This document shows, piece by piece, positions 1 to 10,300 of a stretch of DNA of 64,000 nt. The position numbers and the translations under genes were made by a program. Below the pieces are notes generated by a model that did not search any database, was not told the origin of the DNA, and saw only the letters and a list, made by a program, of their open reading frames with translations. This stretch comes from an uncultured Spirochaetota bacterium (GTDB lineage Bacteria; Spirochaetota; UBA4802; UBA5550), in contig CAWHAA010000004.1 in NCBI GenBank assembly GCA_963827275.1, positions 224,001 to 288,000 on the forward strand, in the 5' to 3' direction. Position 1 is the first letter of the stretch. Each line of letters opens with the position of its first letter.

Positions 1-211
1 AATTGATATTTTTATGGTTTTTGGCTTTTTATAAATAAACCTGGCATGACATCGCCGGTATGACATTTGTCTTGATTTTTTTTCATATTATTAATATGGA
101 TACCTATTCCTCGTGCGCAGGCGCCGTGCATCGCCGGGCGATCGGACGACTGCGCGATCGATGCCGGCTTCCCGCGTGTCGATGGGAACCGTTACCGAGA
201 GGTTTGAAAGG

Positions 212-1726
212 ATGAAGAAGATCGGATTTGATAATGAAAAGTATCTCAACCAGCAGAAAGACTCGATCCTCGAGCGGGTGAAGCTGTTCAACAATAAGCT
301 GTACCTTGAGTTCGGCGGCAAGCTCATGTATGATTACCACGCCGCGCGGGTGCTCCCCGGATATGACCCCAACGTGAAGATGCGCCTTTTGCAGATGCTC
401 TCCGACAAGGCGGATATTATTCTCTGCATATACGCCGGTGACATTGAGCGCAAGAAGGTCCGGGCGGATTTCGGCATTACCTACGACGCCGACGCCCTGA
501 AGCTGATCGACGATTTGCGCGACTGGGGCATCAACATCCTCGCGGTCGTGATCACGCGGTTTGAGAACCAGCCCGCGGCGAGCATATTCAGGAACAAGCT
601 CGAGCGGCAGAACGTCAAGGTGTACACCCACCGCTACACCAAGGGGTATCCCACGGACGTGGACCTGGTGGTGAGCGACGAGGGGTACGGCGCGAACGAT
701 TACATCGAGACCACGAGCCCGCTGGTGGTGGTGACCGGCCCGGGACCGGGGAGCGGCAAGATGGGCACGTGCCTGTCGCAGGTGTACCACGACCACAAGC
801 GGGGCGTGGAGAGCGGGTACGCGAAATTCGAGACCTTCCCGATCTGGAACATCCCGCTGAAGCACCCGGTGAACATAGCGTACGAGGCGGCGACCGCGGA
901 CATCGGCGATTTCAATCTTATCGACCCCTTCCACCAGGAGGCCTACGGCGAAATATCCATCAATTACAACCGCGACGTCGAGACCTTCCCGGTGCTCAGG
1001 AGGATCCTGGAAAGAATTATCGGGTCGAAGACCCTGTACCGCTCCCCGACCGACATGGGGGTGAACCGCGCCGGGTTCGGCATCGTGGACGACGACGTCG
1101 TGCGCGAGGCGGCCCGGCAGGAGGTGATACGGCGCTTTTTCCGCTATTCCTGCGAGTACGCGATCGGTTTCGCGAGCAGGGAAACCGTCCAGAAGGTGGA
1201 GCTCCTGATGGACGAGCTGTCGATCAGGCCCGAGGACCGCATCGTGGTCGGGCCGGCGCGGAACGCCGCGGTCGAGGCGCGCGAGAAGGGGAAGGGCAAG
1301 GAGGGGATCTGCTGCGGGGCGGCCATCGAGCTCCAGGACGGCTCCATCATTACGGGAAAAAATTCCGACCTGTTCCACGCTTCGCCGAGCCTTATCCTGA
1401 ACGCGATCAAGAGGCTCGCGGGGGTACCCGACCGGATCCATCTCCTTTCCCCGCAGATCATCGAGTCAATCGGGAAGATGAAGGGGGATGTGCTGGGGGC
1501 CAGGTCGGTGAGCCTCGACCTCGAGGAGACCCTGATCGCCCTGAGCATCTGCGCCGCGACGAACCCGACGGCGCTCGCCGCCATGGAGAAGCTCACTGAG
1601 CTCGCGAACTGCGAGATGCACATGACGCATATCCCGACGCCGGGAGACGAGGCGGGCCTCCGGAAGCTCGGGATCAACGTCACGACGGAGCCCTATTTTT
1701 CAAGCACGTGCCTGTTTGTCGCGTAG
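212..1726 (+). CDS. DUF1846 (UPF0371) family protein, P-loop containing
   Basis: Characteristic N-terminus KIGFDNEKYL..Q...I.ER, LYLEFGGKL..DYHAARVLPG, GPGSGKMGTCLSQ and YAKFETFPIWN motifs; ATG at 212 fits the family start. Confidence 0.9.
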   Translation: MKKIGFDNEKYLNQQKDSILERVKLFNNKLYLEFGGKLMYDYHAARVLPGYDPNVKMRLLQMLSDKADIILCIYAGDIERKKVRADFGITYDADALKLIDDLRDWGINILAVVITRFENQPAASIFRNKLERQNVKVYTHRYTKGYPTDVDLVVSDEGYGANDYIETTSPLVVVTGPGPGSGKMGTCLSQVYHDHKRGVESGYAKFETFPIWNIPLKHPVNIAYEAATADIGDFNLIDPFHQEAYGEISINYNRDVETFPVLRRILERIIGSKTLYRSPTDMGVNRAGFGIVDDDVVREAARQEVIRRFFRYSCEYAIGFASRETVQKVELLMDELSIRPEDRIVVGPARNAAVEAREKGKGKEGICCGAAIELQDGSIITGKNSDLFHASPSLILNAIKRLAGVPDRIHLLSPQIIESIGKMKGDVLGARSVSLDLEETLIALSICAATNPTALAAMEKLTELANCEMHMTHIPTPGDEAGLRKLGINVTTEPYFSSTCLFVA

Positions 1727-1820
1727 CGGCGGGGGGCGGGCCGTCCGCCCCCGCCATGATAAGTATATACGGCCGGCCCGATGCGCGGGAGGCGCGCCGG
1801 CACCATTCAAGGAGGGTCAT

Positions 1821-2441
1821 ATGAGCAAGCTCGTCAAGTACTTCGGGGTCAACTACAAGAAGGGCGACCGCATTTTCCGCGAGGGCGACCCGGCCGACGT
1901 CATGTACATGATTCACAAGGGGAAGGTGCAGATCAGCAAGGGCGCCGGCTCCTTCAATGAGAAGATACGGATCCTCGGCGAGGGGGAGTTCATCGGGGAG
2001 ATGGCGGTCATCAATTCCATGCCCCGCTCTGCGAGCGCCATCGCGGTCGAGGACTGCGTCCTGATCAAGATGGACCGCGAATCGTTCGACGAGACCGTCC
2101 AGAAAAACCACGAGTTTTCCGTGAGCGTGATCAAGCTCCTGTCGGAGCGGCTGCGCGAGACGGACGAGCTCCTCATGGGGTACGTGAAGCCCGCCCGCGA
2201 ATGGAAGCTCTACACCGAGATGCTGGCGGACATGCTGGCGGCGGGTAAGCGGGACGGCTCGGGCAGGTGGGCCCTTCTGAAAAAGGGCCCCTTTGTCACG
2301 GGCGCTGCAAAGCGGCTGAAATGGAGCACCCGGGACGTCCAGTCCGTCATCGGCGAGCTCATTTCCTCGGGCAGGATCACGGTCAAGAAGGACCGGGAAG
2401 GAAACGAGTGGCTTGCCTTCGATACCGTGAGGAACGCGTAG
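1821..2441 (+). CDS. Crp/Fnr-like cyclic-nucleotide-binding protein
   Basis: IFREGDPAD.MY.I..GKV, GEFIGEMAVI and PRSASA motifs; GGAGG RBS before ATG 1821; C-terminal winged-helix-like segment. Confidence 0.85.
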   Translation: MSKLVKYFGVNYKKGDRIFREGDPADVMYMIHKGKVQISKGAGSFNEKIRILGEGEFIGEMAVINSMPRSASAIAVEDCVLIKMDRESFDETVQKNHEFSVSVIKLLSERLRETDELLMGYVKPAREWKLYTEMLADMLAAGKRDGSGRWALLKKGPFVTGAAKRLKWSTRDVQSVIGELISSGRITVKKDREGNEWLAFDTVRNA

Positions 2442-2471
2442 CGGCCGCCGCACGCCCCGCGGCGCCCGGCC

Positions 2472-3731
2472 CTACTCGGTGTCCGGGTAGCGTTTCATGA
2501 TTGAGCGTATCACGTCCAGGCTGTCGAAAAATATATCAACCAGCTCCGGGTCGAACTTTTTTCCGGACATGTTGCGTATCTCCTCGAGCACCGATTTTTC
2601 GTCCCATGCGTCCTTGTACACCCGCTTCGACGACAGCGCGTCGAACACGTCGGCAAGCGCCACGATCCTGCCGAAGATGGGGATCTCCTCTCCCTTCAGG
2701 GCAACGGCCGTTCCGTCGGCATTTTTTTCCAGCGGCTCGCCGGTTTCCACGTCAATCTTTCCCGGATAGCCCGTGCCGTCCCAGTTCTCGTGGTGGGTGA
2801 GGGCGACCTCGGCGGACATCTCGTCAAATTCTGATTGGCGGTACTTGAAGAGCCGCGCGCCCTGGAAGGAGTGGGTCTTCATGATATTGAATTCTTCCGG
2901 GGTGAAGCGTGACGGCTTCTTGAGGATGAGGTCGGAAACCGCGACCTTGCCCACGTCGTGGAGCATGGCCGCCATGCGGAGGATGTCTTTTTTCTGCTCC
3001 ACCTCGGCACGGGGTATCTTTTTCCGCTCCGACCATGCCTCGTACAGCTCCACCGAATAGGTGGCGACCCTGTTGACATGGGGGCCGGTCTCCTTCGGGT
3101 CGCGCAGCTCCGCCATGCTGATCATCCTGAGGATGAGCGCCCGCGTCATCTGCGCCCTCTGTAAAATCATGCTGGCGATGTTGGCGAAGTGGAGGGCGAT
3201 CATCTCGTCCGATGCGTCGAAGGGGCCGCAGTTCAGCGCGCCGTTATTGGCGCACCTGCCATCGTCGCCGGGCGCGGCCGCGTTGATGATCTGCATTACG
3301 CCCAGCACTTCGTCCCGGTTGTTTTTCAGCGGGATGGTAATCATCGACCTGGTCAGGTAGCCGGATTTCTGGTCGCTCGTGGGATCGAACCGGTACGGCG
3401 CGTCGGCCGGGATTTTGTACGCGTCGGGGATGTTCAGTATCTCCCCCGTGAGCGCGGCGTAGCCGGAGATGGAGCTCTTGTTTATTTTCGTCCGGTACGT
3501 GGTATAGGGGAGCTTCTGGCCCGGAGGGAGCTTCCTCTGCAGGGATTCGGTCTGCACGTGGGAGAAGACAAGCTCGTCGCCTTCCCGTATCTGTATCGAT
3601 CCCGCGTCCGCGTTCAGGATCCCCCGTGCCTCGGTCAGGATCTTTTCCAGGAGTATGTCCAGGTCGTGCACGGTGTTGAGTTCAGTGCTGAGGCGGATAA
3701 TATCGTTAAGTTTTTTTGAGGTGTCGTACAT
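2472..3731 (-). CDS. GAF + HD-GYP cyclic-dinucleotide phosphodiesterase
   Basis: N-terminal GAF (DAGSI, LNIPDAY, TRSMITIPL, VLGVMQIIN); ETGPHVNRV, LHDVGK, HHENWDGTGYP, RIVALADVFDAL; start codon uncertain. Confidence 0.92.
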   Translation of the reverse strand: MYDTSKKLNDIIRLSTELNTVHDLDILLEKILTEARGILNADAGSIQIREGDELVFSHVQTESLQRKLPPGQKLPYTTYRTKINKSSISGYAALTGEILNIPDAYKIPADAPYRFDPTSDQKSGYLTRSMITIPLKNNRDEVLGVMQIINAAAPGDDGRCANNGALNCGPFDASDEMIALHFANIASMILQRAQMTRALILRMISMAELRDPKETGPHVNRVATYSVELYEAWSERKKIPRAEVEQKKDILRMAAMLHDVGKVAVSDLILKKPSRFTPEEFNIMKTHSFQGARLFKYRQSEFDEMSAEVALTHHENWDGTGYPGKIDVETGEPLEKNADGTAVALKGEEIPIFGRIVALADVFDALSSKRVYKDAWDEKSVLEEIRNMSGKKFDPELVDIFFDSLDVIRSIMKRYPDTE

Positions 3732-3990
3732 TGGCGGTCCCGTGATTGATTTTTCGGTTTTACTATAGCGGGCCGTCGCCATTTTAGCAATAACTTTTTT
3801 CACCGGCCGTGGCCGGGCAGGATGTTTTCCGGCATAGGCGCTATTATTTCAGGCAGGTAAAATTAGCCGGCAAACACCATAAAATTGATGCACGCGGCGG
3901 CGCCGGGATACTATATTGTCAAATGACGATGCGTGCGGGTTTACAGCCGCGCGATCGATTTTCAAAACAAGATATCTGACGGTATTCTCT

Positions 3991-5538
3991 ATGACGCTGG
4001 ATACGTGTACCATATCGCGGGAAGTCAGGGAGCTGACCCTGCTTTTTGAAGTGAGCCGGGCCCTCGGTGAAACGATGGACCTGAAGATCGTATTGCCCCC
4101 TGTGCTTAAGATGCTTGCCGACCACATGGGGATGATCCGCGGCTCCCTTACGATACTGAACAGAAAGACCGACGAGATCGTCATAGAGGAAGCGTACGGC
4201 CTCACGCCCGAGGAGCGGGAGAAGGGGCGCTACTGCGTCGGCGAGGGGGTCACCGGCAGGGTGGTGGAGACCGGCCAGCCCGCCGTGGTGCCCAGCATAT
4301 CGGACGAGCCGCTCTTTCTCAACCGCACGGGATCGCGGGAGGATCTCGACAAGCGAAACATCGCGTTCATCTGCGTTCCGATTAAAATCGGCAGCGAGGT
4401 CATCGGCGCCCTGTCGGTGGACCGCCTCTTTGACGAGAACATTTCCCTGGAAGAGGACGTGCGGCTCCTGACGATCGTCGCCTCGAGCGTCTCCCAGGCG
4501 GTGCGGCTGCGGCAGCTCGCCCAGGAGGAGGTCGAGAAGCTCCGCGAGGAGAACCGCCGGCTGCACGACGAGCTGAAGAGCGCCAACCGCCCGGATTCCA
4601 TCATCGGCAACTCCCATGCGATGCTCGAAGTCTATTCCCTCATCGAGCGGGTGCGCAACACGAACACCACGGTGATGATCCTCGGCGAAAGCGGCGTGGG
4701 CAAAGAGAAGGTGGCCCAGGCCATCCACTACGGATCGAACCGGGCCGACCGGCCGTTCGTCGCGGTGAACTGCGCGGCCCTCCCCGAGTCGCTGGTCGAA
4801 AGCGAGCTCTTCGGGTACGAGCGGGGCGCTTTTACCGGAGCCGCCGCGACCCGCAAGGGCCGGTTCGAGCTGGCCGACGGCGGCACGCTGTTCCTCGACG
4901 AGATGGGCGATCTCCCCTACCTGATGCAGATCAAGCTGCTCAGGGTGATCCAGGAGCGGTCGTTCGAGCGGATCGGCGGCGCGTCGACCATCTCCGTGGA
5001 TGTCCGGATCATCGTGGCGACGAACCGTGACCTCGAGGCCCTGGTGGCCGAGGGCAAGTTCAGGGAGGACCTCTACTATCGCCTCAACGTGTTTCCGATC
5101 GTGGTGCCGCCGCTCCGGGAGCGGAAATCGGACCTCACGCTGCTCGCCGACAGCTTCGTCGAACGGTACGCCGGACGCCACGGCAAAAAGGTGACGCGCA
5201 TTTCCACACCCGCCATCGATATGCTGATGTCGTACCACTGGCCCGGGAACGTCCGTGAGCTTGAGAACTGTATCGAGCGCGCGGTCATCCTGAGCACCGA
5301 CGGCGTCATTCATTCCTACCACCTTCCCCCGAGCCTGCAGCGGGCGGGAGCGGCGCGAGCGGAGCGGGGCGGATCGCTCAGGGAAATGATCGGCAACATA
5401 GAAAGGGAAATCATCGTCGAGGAGCTCAAGCGGTCACAGGGGAACATGTCGAAGGCGGCGCGGGCCCTCGGCATCACCGAGCGGATCATGGGTCTTCGTG
5501 TGAATAAATTCGGCATCAACCTTGAGCGGTTCAGGTGA
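3991..5538 (+). CDS. NifA-like sigma54 enhancer-binding protein (GAF-AAA+-Fis HTH)
   Basis: GAF with [24 protein letters not shown]; Walker [15 protein letters not shown] loop, [31 protein letters not shown]. Confidence 0.93.
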   Translation: MTLDTCTISREVRELTLLFEVSRALGETMDLKIVLPPVLKMLADHMGMIRGSLTILNRKTDEIVIEEAYGLTPEEREKGRYCVGEGVTGRVVETGQPAVVPSISDEPLFLNRTGSREDLDKRNIAFICVPIKIGSEVIGALSVDRLFDENISLEEDVRLLTIVASSVSQAVRLRQLAQEEVEKLREENRRLHDELKSANRPDSIIGNSHAMLEVYSLIERVRNTNTTVMILGESGVGKEKVAQAIHYGSNRADRPFVAVNCAALPESLVESELFGYERGAFTGAAATRKGRFELADGGTLFLDEMGDLPYLMQIKLLRVIQERSFERIGGASTISVDVRIIVATNRDLEALVAEGKFREDLYYRLNVFPIVVPPLRERKSDLTLLADSFVERYAGRHGKKVTRISTPAIDMLMSYHWPGNVRELENCIERAVILSTDGVIHSYHLPPSLQRAGAARAERGGSLREMIGNIEREIIVEELKRSQGNMSKAARALGITERIMGLRVNKFGINLERFR

Positions 5539-5554
5539 CGATGCCCGCTGCAAA

Positions 5555-5601
5555 GCTACATTAATGTGGCACACGGTGCGGCAGTCATTCATTAATGTAG
5601 C
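5555..5601. promoter_or_regulatory. Two palindromic putative upstream activator sites (consensus GCTACATTAATGTAGC)
   Basis: GCTACATTAATGTGGC at 5555-5570 and CATTCATTAATGTAGC at 5586-5601, 31 bp apart and about 160-200 bp upstream of a sigma54 promoter. Confidence 0.7.
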
Positions 5602-5761
5602 GTTTTTTCCCTCCCGGCATTTTCCGCGAACGCGCATGCCTGAAACATGCATCCGCCCCGCTCGTCCGTTATCGACATTCCTCATGAAAAAAACCTTCTG
5701 TATTACAGCCATGTTAACTATCCGCGACATTGCGCCCTGATTTTCCGTCAGGCTGCTCATC

Positions 5762-5777
5762 TGGCACGCTTCCTGCA
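5762..5777 (+). promoter_or_regulatory. sigma54 (-24/-12) promoter of the amtB operon
   Basis: TGGCACGCTTCCTGCA has exact GG-N10-GC spacing; it lies about 100 bp upstream of amtB and next to a sigma54 activator gene. Confidence 0.85.
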
Positions 5778-5874
5778 TTATATATCAGGTATGTATGAAT
5801 TTCCGGCGGACCGCTTTGACGCGGTTTTTCAAAGGACAGTTCACATACACTATCATTAGTTTCGTGGAGGACAT

Positions 5875-7299
5875 ATGAGCAAGGTTTTTACAAGAGTGTC
5901 GCTGGCGCTGGTTATCTGCGCCGTAGCGATGAAGGGTTTCGGCGCTGAAACCGCGCCCGCCGCGGCCGTCACGCCGGATGCGCTGGAGGCATTCAAGAAT
6001 TCGATGCGGGTGGGCGTCGATACTGTCTGGGTGCTCTTCACCGCGTTTCTGGTTTTTTTCATGAACCTCGGGTTCGCCATGGTGGAATCCGGGCTCTGCC
6101 GGGCCAAGAACTCGGTCAACATCCTGGCCAAGAACTTTATCGTCTTCGCCATCGCGTCGGTATCCTTCTGGATGATCGGATGGGGCCTGATGTACGGCAA
6201 CGGCAATCCGTTCGTCGGCCTGGAGGGGCTCCTCTTTGCGTCCGGCGCCGACAACAGCCCGGCGACCGGCGACGCCTACAAGGGCGTGTACGCGGCCCTC
6301 AACTGGACCGGCGTGCCCCTCTGGGCGAAATTTTTCTTTCAACTGGTCTTTGCCGGCACCGCGGCGACCATCGTTTCCGGCGCTGTGGCGGAGCGTATCA
6401 AGTTCAAGTCGTTCGTCGTCTTTTCGTTCATCCTGGTCGGCGTGCTGTACCCGGTCACCGGGCACTGGATCTGGGGCGGCGGCTGGCTGCAGTCCCTCGG
6501 GATGTTTGACTTCGCCGGCTCGTCCGTCGTCCATTCTGTGGGCGGCTGGGCAGCGCTCGCGGGCGTCATCCTTCTCGGCCCGCGCTTCGGCAAGTACCGG
6601 GCCGACGGGTCCGTGAACCCGATTTTCGGCCACAGCATGCCGATGGTGACCCTGGGCGGACTCGTGCTCTGGTTCGGCTGGTTCGGCTTTAACCCCGGAT
6701 CGACCATGTCCGTCGGCGACGGCAGCGCCATCGCGCATGTCGCGGTTACCACCAACACCGCGGCCGCCACGGCGATCCTGAGCTCGACCCTCGCGTCATG
6801 GGCCCTGCAGAAGAAGCCGGACCTCTCCATGATTATCAACGGCGCGCTGGCCGGCCTGGTCGCCATCACCGCGCCCTGCGCCTTCGTCAGCGTCGGGTCC
6901 GCGGCGGTCATCGGGCTCATCGCGGGCGTGCTGGTCGTGTTCGCGGTCATCATGTTCGACAGGCTCAGGCTCGACGACCCGGTAGGCGCCCTGTCGGTGC
7001 ACCTGGTCAACGGCGTCTTCGGCACACTGGCGGTCGGTCTGTTCGCGCAGGACGGGATCACCGGCACCGCGACGGGCAATGGCCTCTTCTTCGGCGGCGG
7101 CCTGAAGCTCCTCGGGGCGCAGGCCATCGGCGTGGCCGCGGTGGGGGCCTTCACGTTTACCGCGGCCCTGGCCGTCTGGTTTGTCATCAGGCTGGTCATG
7201 GGGATCAAGGTCTCCCGCGAGGAGGAGATCCAGGGCCTGGATCTCGGCGAGCACGGCATGAAGGCGTATCCCGATTTTCAGGGATTCTTAACCAAGTAA
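5875..7299 (+). CDS. amtB: Ammonium transporter
   Basis: Signal peptide, [75 protein letters not shown]; both pore His residues present; GGAGG RBS. Confidence 0.97.
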   Translation: MSKVFTRVSLALVICAVAMKGFGAETAPAAAVTPDALEAFKNSMRVGVDTVWVLFTAFLVFFMNLGFAMVESGLCRAKNSVNILAKNFIVFAIASVSFWMIGWGLMYGNGNPFVGLEGLLFASGADNSPATGDAYKGVYAALNWTGVPLWAKFFFQLVFAGTAATIVSGAVAERIKFKSFVVFSFILVGVLYPVTGHWIWGGGWLQSLGMFDFAGSSVVHSVGGWAALAGVILLGPRFGKYRADGSVNPIFGHSMPMVTLGGLVLWFGWFGFNPGSTMSVGDGSAIAHVAVTTNTAAATAILSSTLASWALQKKPDLSMIINGALAGLVAITAPCAFVSVGSAAVIGLIAGVLVVFAVIMFDRLRLDDPVGALSVHLVNGVFGTLAVGLFAQDGITGTATGNGLFFGGGLKLLGAQAIGVAAVGAFTFTAALAVWFVIRLVMGIKVSREEEIQGLDLGEHGMKAYPDFQGFLTK

Positions 7300-7318
7300 C
7301 CATAAAGGAGATAGCACG

Positions 7319-7660
7319 ATGAAACTTATCATAGCAGTGGTCCAGCCTGAAAAGCTGACTGACGTCAAGCAGGCCCTCGCCGAGGCGAAGGTCGGCAAGA
7401 TGACGGTGTCAAACGTTATCGGGTGCGGTTCGCAGGGAGGGTTTACCGAAACCTACCGGGGCGCGGAAACCGAGGTGAACCTCCTTGACAAGGTCCGCTT
7501 CGAGATCGCGGTGAACGACGGGTTCGTGAAGCCGACGATCGATGCGATCGTCAAAGGCGCGCGTACTGGAAAGATCGGGGACGGCAAGATTTTCGTCGTT
7601 CCCCTCGAGGAGTGCATCAGGGTGCGCACCGGCGAGACCGGGAGCGAAGCGATTGGATAG
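7319..7660 (+). CDS. glnK: PII nitrogen regulatory protein
   Basis: 113 aa; YRG T-loop, [22 protein letters not shown]; immediately downstream of amtB. Confidence 0.95.
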   Translation: MKLIIAVVQPEKLTDVKQALAEAKVGKMTVSNVIGCGSQGGFTETYRGAETEVNLLDKVRFEIAVNDGFVKPTIDAIVKGARTGKIGDGKIFVVPLEECIRVRTGETGSEAIG

Positions 7661-7752
7661 CGATGGCGGGATACTCCGGCCGGTTCTGCTGCGGCGGAAT
7701 CGGCGGAGCATCCGCTTGAAAAATGATTTCAATACATCAGTGGAGATAGAAT

Positions 7753-8793
7753 ATGAAAAAGTTAATCAGTAGTCTTGTAATGGTCTCTTTTCTTTCCGGC
7801 GCGGTTCTCGCGCAGGAAAAGAAGGAGGACGCAGGGAAAAAAAGCGAGCCGATAGGCCTTTCCTTTGGCCTTGATTATTACAGCACCTACCTCTGGCGGG
7901 GCACGAAGTTTTTCAGCGGCGACGGCGCCTTTATCCCCAAGGTGTCCTGGAACGTGATGGGGACGGGCCTGGTCCTGTCGGTCGCGGGAGAGATCGCGTC
8001 AAGCTGGGTCTTCAACGGGTTCAAAAACAAGCCGGGGAAATACGCGTGGCGCTTCGATTCGTCCGGGTCCCCCTACCGGAGGCAGCTGAATTTCAACCAC
8101 CTCGCCTACGCCACCCACAGCCTCGATGCGGGCGCCGATTATTCCTACACGATCAACGACGCCGTCACCATCGGCGCGAGCGTCTGGTACTGGTGGTACT
8201 TCAACTCGGCCGGCGCCCGGGAGTACGCGCGTCCGAAAGTCGAATTCACGGACATCGGCGGCATGCATCGGGTCTCGTATGTGGACCTCAGCTTCCTGAC
8301 CACCACGGTATCGATAGGCCTTCCGATCGTGCCGTACATCAATCCGACGGTGTCCCTGACCCACGATTACTACACCGGCCTCGGGCGCGGCGGCGATTAT
8401 TACGTGCAGATGGGGATCAGCCATCCCTTCGAGCTCACCAGGGAAGTGGTGCTGACGCCGGGCCTTTCGGCCGGATACTATTACAACACCACGGCGCGGT
8501 ACACCAATTACAGCGTCATGTGGGACCTGTCGGGCAGCGCGCTTGACACGACAGAGAGCTTCGCCTTCAGCGGTGAGACCAGGACGGTCACCTGGGGAGG
8601 CGTCAAGCAGATACGGACACCGCTGAAGAAGGGCTTCAGCGATATCACGCCGAGCCTGGCCCTGACCTTCACCAAAGGGCCGCTTTCCCTGAACGGCGGG
8701 TTCTCCTGGTGCATCGTGCCGGCGAAGACGTGGTACAACGGCGCCGAGGTGCACCGCCTCTATGCAAAGGTGGGAATAGCATGCGCGATATAA
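7753..8793 (+). CDS. Exported protein, TorF-like putative outer-membrane porin
   Basis: Signal peptide, DYYSTYLWRG motif, E/SLD-type strand, alternating aromatic beta-strands; follows amtB-glnK. Confidence 0.6.
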   Translation: MKKLISSLVMVSFLSGAVLAQEKKEDAGKKSEPIGLSFGLDYYSTYLWRGTKFFSGDGAFIPKVSWNVMGTGLVLSVAGEIASSWVFNGFKNKPGKYAWRFDSSGSPYRRQLNFNHLAYATHSLDAGADYSYTINDAVTIGASVWYWWYFNSAGAREYARPKVEFTDIGGMHRVSYVDLSFLTTTVSIGLPIVPYINPTVSLTHDYYTGLGRGGDYYVQMGISHPFELTREVVLTPGLSAGYYYNTTARYTNYSVMWDLSGSALDTTESFAFSGETRTVTWGGVKQIRTPLKKGFSDITPSLALTFTKGPLSLNGGFSWCIVPAKTWYNGAEVHRLYAKVGIACAI

Positions 8794-8814
8794 TGATAAA
8801 GTGATAGGCTTCCG

Positions 8815-8844
8815 TGCGGGGCCCCGGATTTCCGGGGCCCCGCA
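8815..8844 (+). terminator. Strong GC hairpin after the amtB operon
   Basis: TGCGGGGCCCCGGA-TT-TCCGGGGCCCCGCA perfect inverted repeat; no clear U-tract. Confidence 0.55.
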
Positions 8845-8939
8845 TCACCGGAAATCATCACTCCCCCCATCCATAATCTTATTGACATATTCCCGCCGGC
8901 GATAAACATATTAATCATCCTATACACAGGAGCCCTCCC

Positions 8940-10286
8940 ATGTTACAGATGATACGCCGCTATTTCATGTTCGACGAGCTCGGCACCAATTTCAGGCATG
9001 AGATCATGGGAGGGCTTACGACCTTCGTCACCATGGCCTACATTATCATCGTAAACCCGAAAATCCTCGAGGCGGCCGGAATTCCCTTCGGGCCCTCGAT
9101 GGTGGCGACGATCATATCGGCCTTTTTCGGCACCCTGCTCATGGCGGTATACGCGAAGCGCCCCTTCGCGGTGGCTCCCTACATGGGGCAGAACGCCTTT
9201 GTCGCGTTTACCGTGGTCAAGGTGATGGGCTTTTCCTGGCAGACCGCGCTGGGCGCGATCTTCATCGGCGGCGTGATCTTCACGGCGCTGACCCTGTTGA
9301 AAATACGCTCCTGGCTGGCAAACCTCATTCCGATCAACCTGAAGATCTCCTTCGCGGTGGGGATCGGCCTCTTCCTGACCTTCATCGGCCTGAACGAATC
9401 GGGCCTGGTTATCATTGGCGTCCCTGGCGCGCCGGTGAACATCGGCAGGCTGTCCCAGCCGGGGCCGGTGCTCGCGATCATCACGGTTTTCATTATTGCC
9501 CTGCTCATGATCCGGAAGATCAAGGGGTCGATGCTGATCGGGATCCTGGGCGCCACGGCGATCGCGATCGTCCTTCAGCTTGCGGCGCCCGGACTCACGA
9601 GCGCCGGATCGCCGCTGGTGACAATACCCGACGCGATCGTGGGCCTGCCCCCGTCCCTCGGGCCCATATTCCTCAAGCTCGATATTTTCGGCGCGCTGAG
9701 CTGGGGGTTTTTCTCCGTGGTGCTCACCGTGTTCGTCATGGACTTCGTCGATACCATGGGCACCCTGATCGGCCTGTCGTACCGGGCAAAGCTGCTTGAC
9801 GAAAATGGCGAGCTCCCCGAGATCGAGAAGCCGATGCTCTGCGACGCACTGGCGATGACCGCGGCCGCGCTGCTCGGCACCACCACCACCGGCGCCTACA
9901 TCGAGTCGGCCGCAGGCATCGAGGAGGGCGCGAAATCAGGCTTCGCCTCGGTGGTGACGGCGCTCATGATGCTTTCCGCCCTTTTCTTCGCGCCCCTCTT
10001 CTCCATCATCCCGTCCTTCGCGTACGGGCCGGCCCTCATCATCGTGGGGATGATGATGATCGCGCCGGTGGCGAACATCAATTTCGACGACCTGTCCGAG
10101 CTCATCCCGTCATTCATCACCATCACCCTCATGTGCTTCACCTATAACCTGGGGATCGGCATGACGGCGGGGTTCGTGACCTACCCGGTGATCAAGCTGT
10201 TCGCCGGTAAGATAAGGGAGGTGAACGCGGGGATGTGGATCCTCTTCGCGTTTTCCCTCGCGTTTTTTATTTTCTATCCCTATTGA
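8940..10286 (+). CDS. NCS2/AzgA family purine permease
   Basis: EIMGGLTTFVTMAYII.VNP, APYMG.NAF, DFVDTMGTL, YIESAAGIEEG motifs. Confidence 0.93.
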   Translation: MLQMIRRYFMFDELGTNFRHEIMGGLTTFVTMAYIIIVNPKILEAAGIPFGPSMVATIISAFFGTLLMAVYAKRPFAVAPYMGQNAFVAFTVVKVMGFSWQTALGAIFIGGVIFTALTLLKIRSWLANLIPINLKISFAVGIGLFLTFIGLNESGLVIIGVPGAPVNIGRLSQPGPVLAIITVFIIALLMIRKIKGSMLIGILGATAIAIVLQLAAPGLTSAGSPLVTIPDAIVGLPPSLGPIFLKLDIFGALSWGFFSVVLTVFVMDFVDTMGTLIGLSYRAKLLDENGELPEIEKPMLCDALAMTAAALLGTTTTGAYIESAAGIEEGAKSGFASVVTALMMLSALFFAPLFSIIPSFAYGPALIIVGMMMIAPVANINFDDLSELIPSFITITLMCFTYNLGIGMTAGFVTYPVIKLFAGKIREVNAGMWILFAFSLAFFIFYPY

Positions 10287-10300
10287 GACGGGGCCGGCGG

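Noticed and set aside
104..1441. Long antisense ORFs here and elsewhere (e.g. 3919-5322, 30020-31645, 38624-40168)
   Set aside because: Expected shadows of GC-rich codon usage opposite well-supported genes
3991..5538. Evidence of nitrogen fixation from the NifA-like gene
   Set aside because: No nif structural genes and no TGT-N10-ACA site seen; the adjacent target is amtB-glnK
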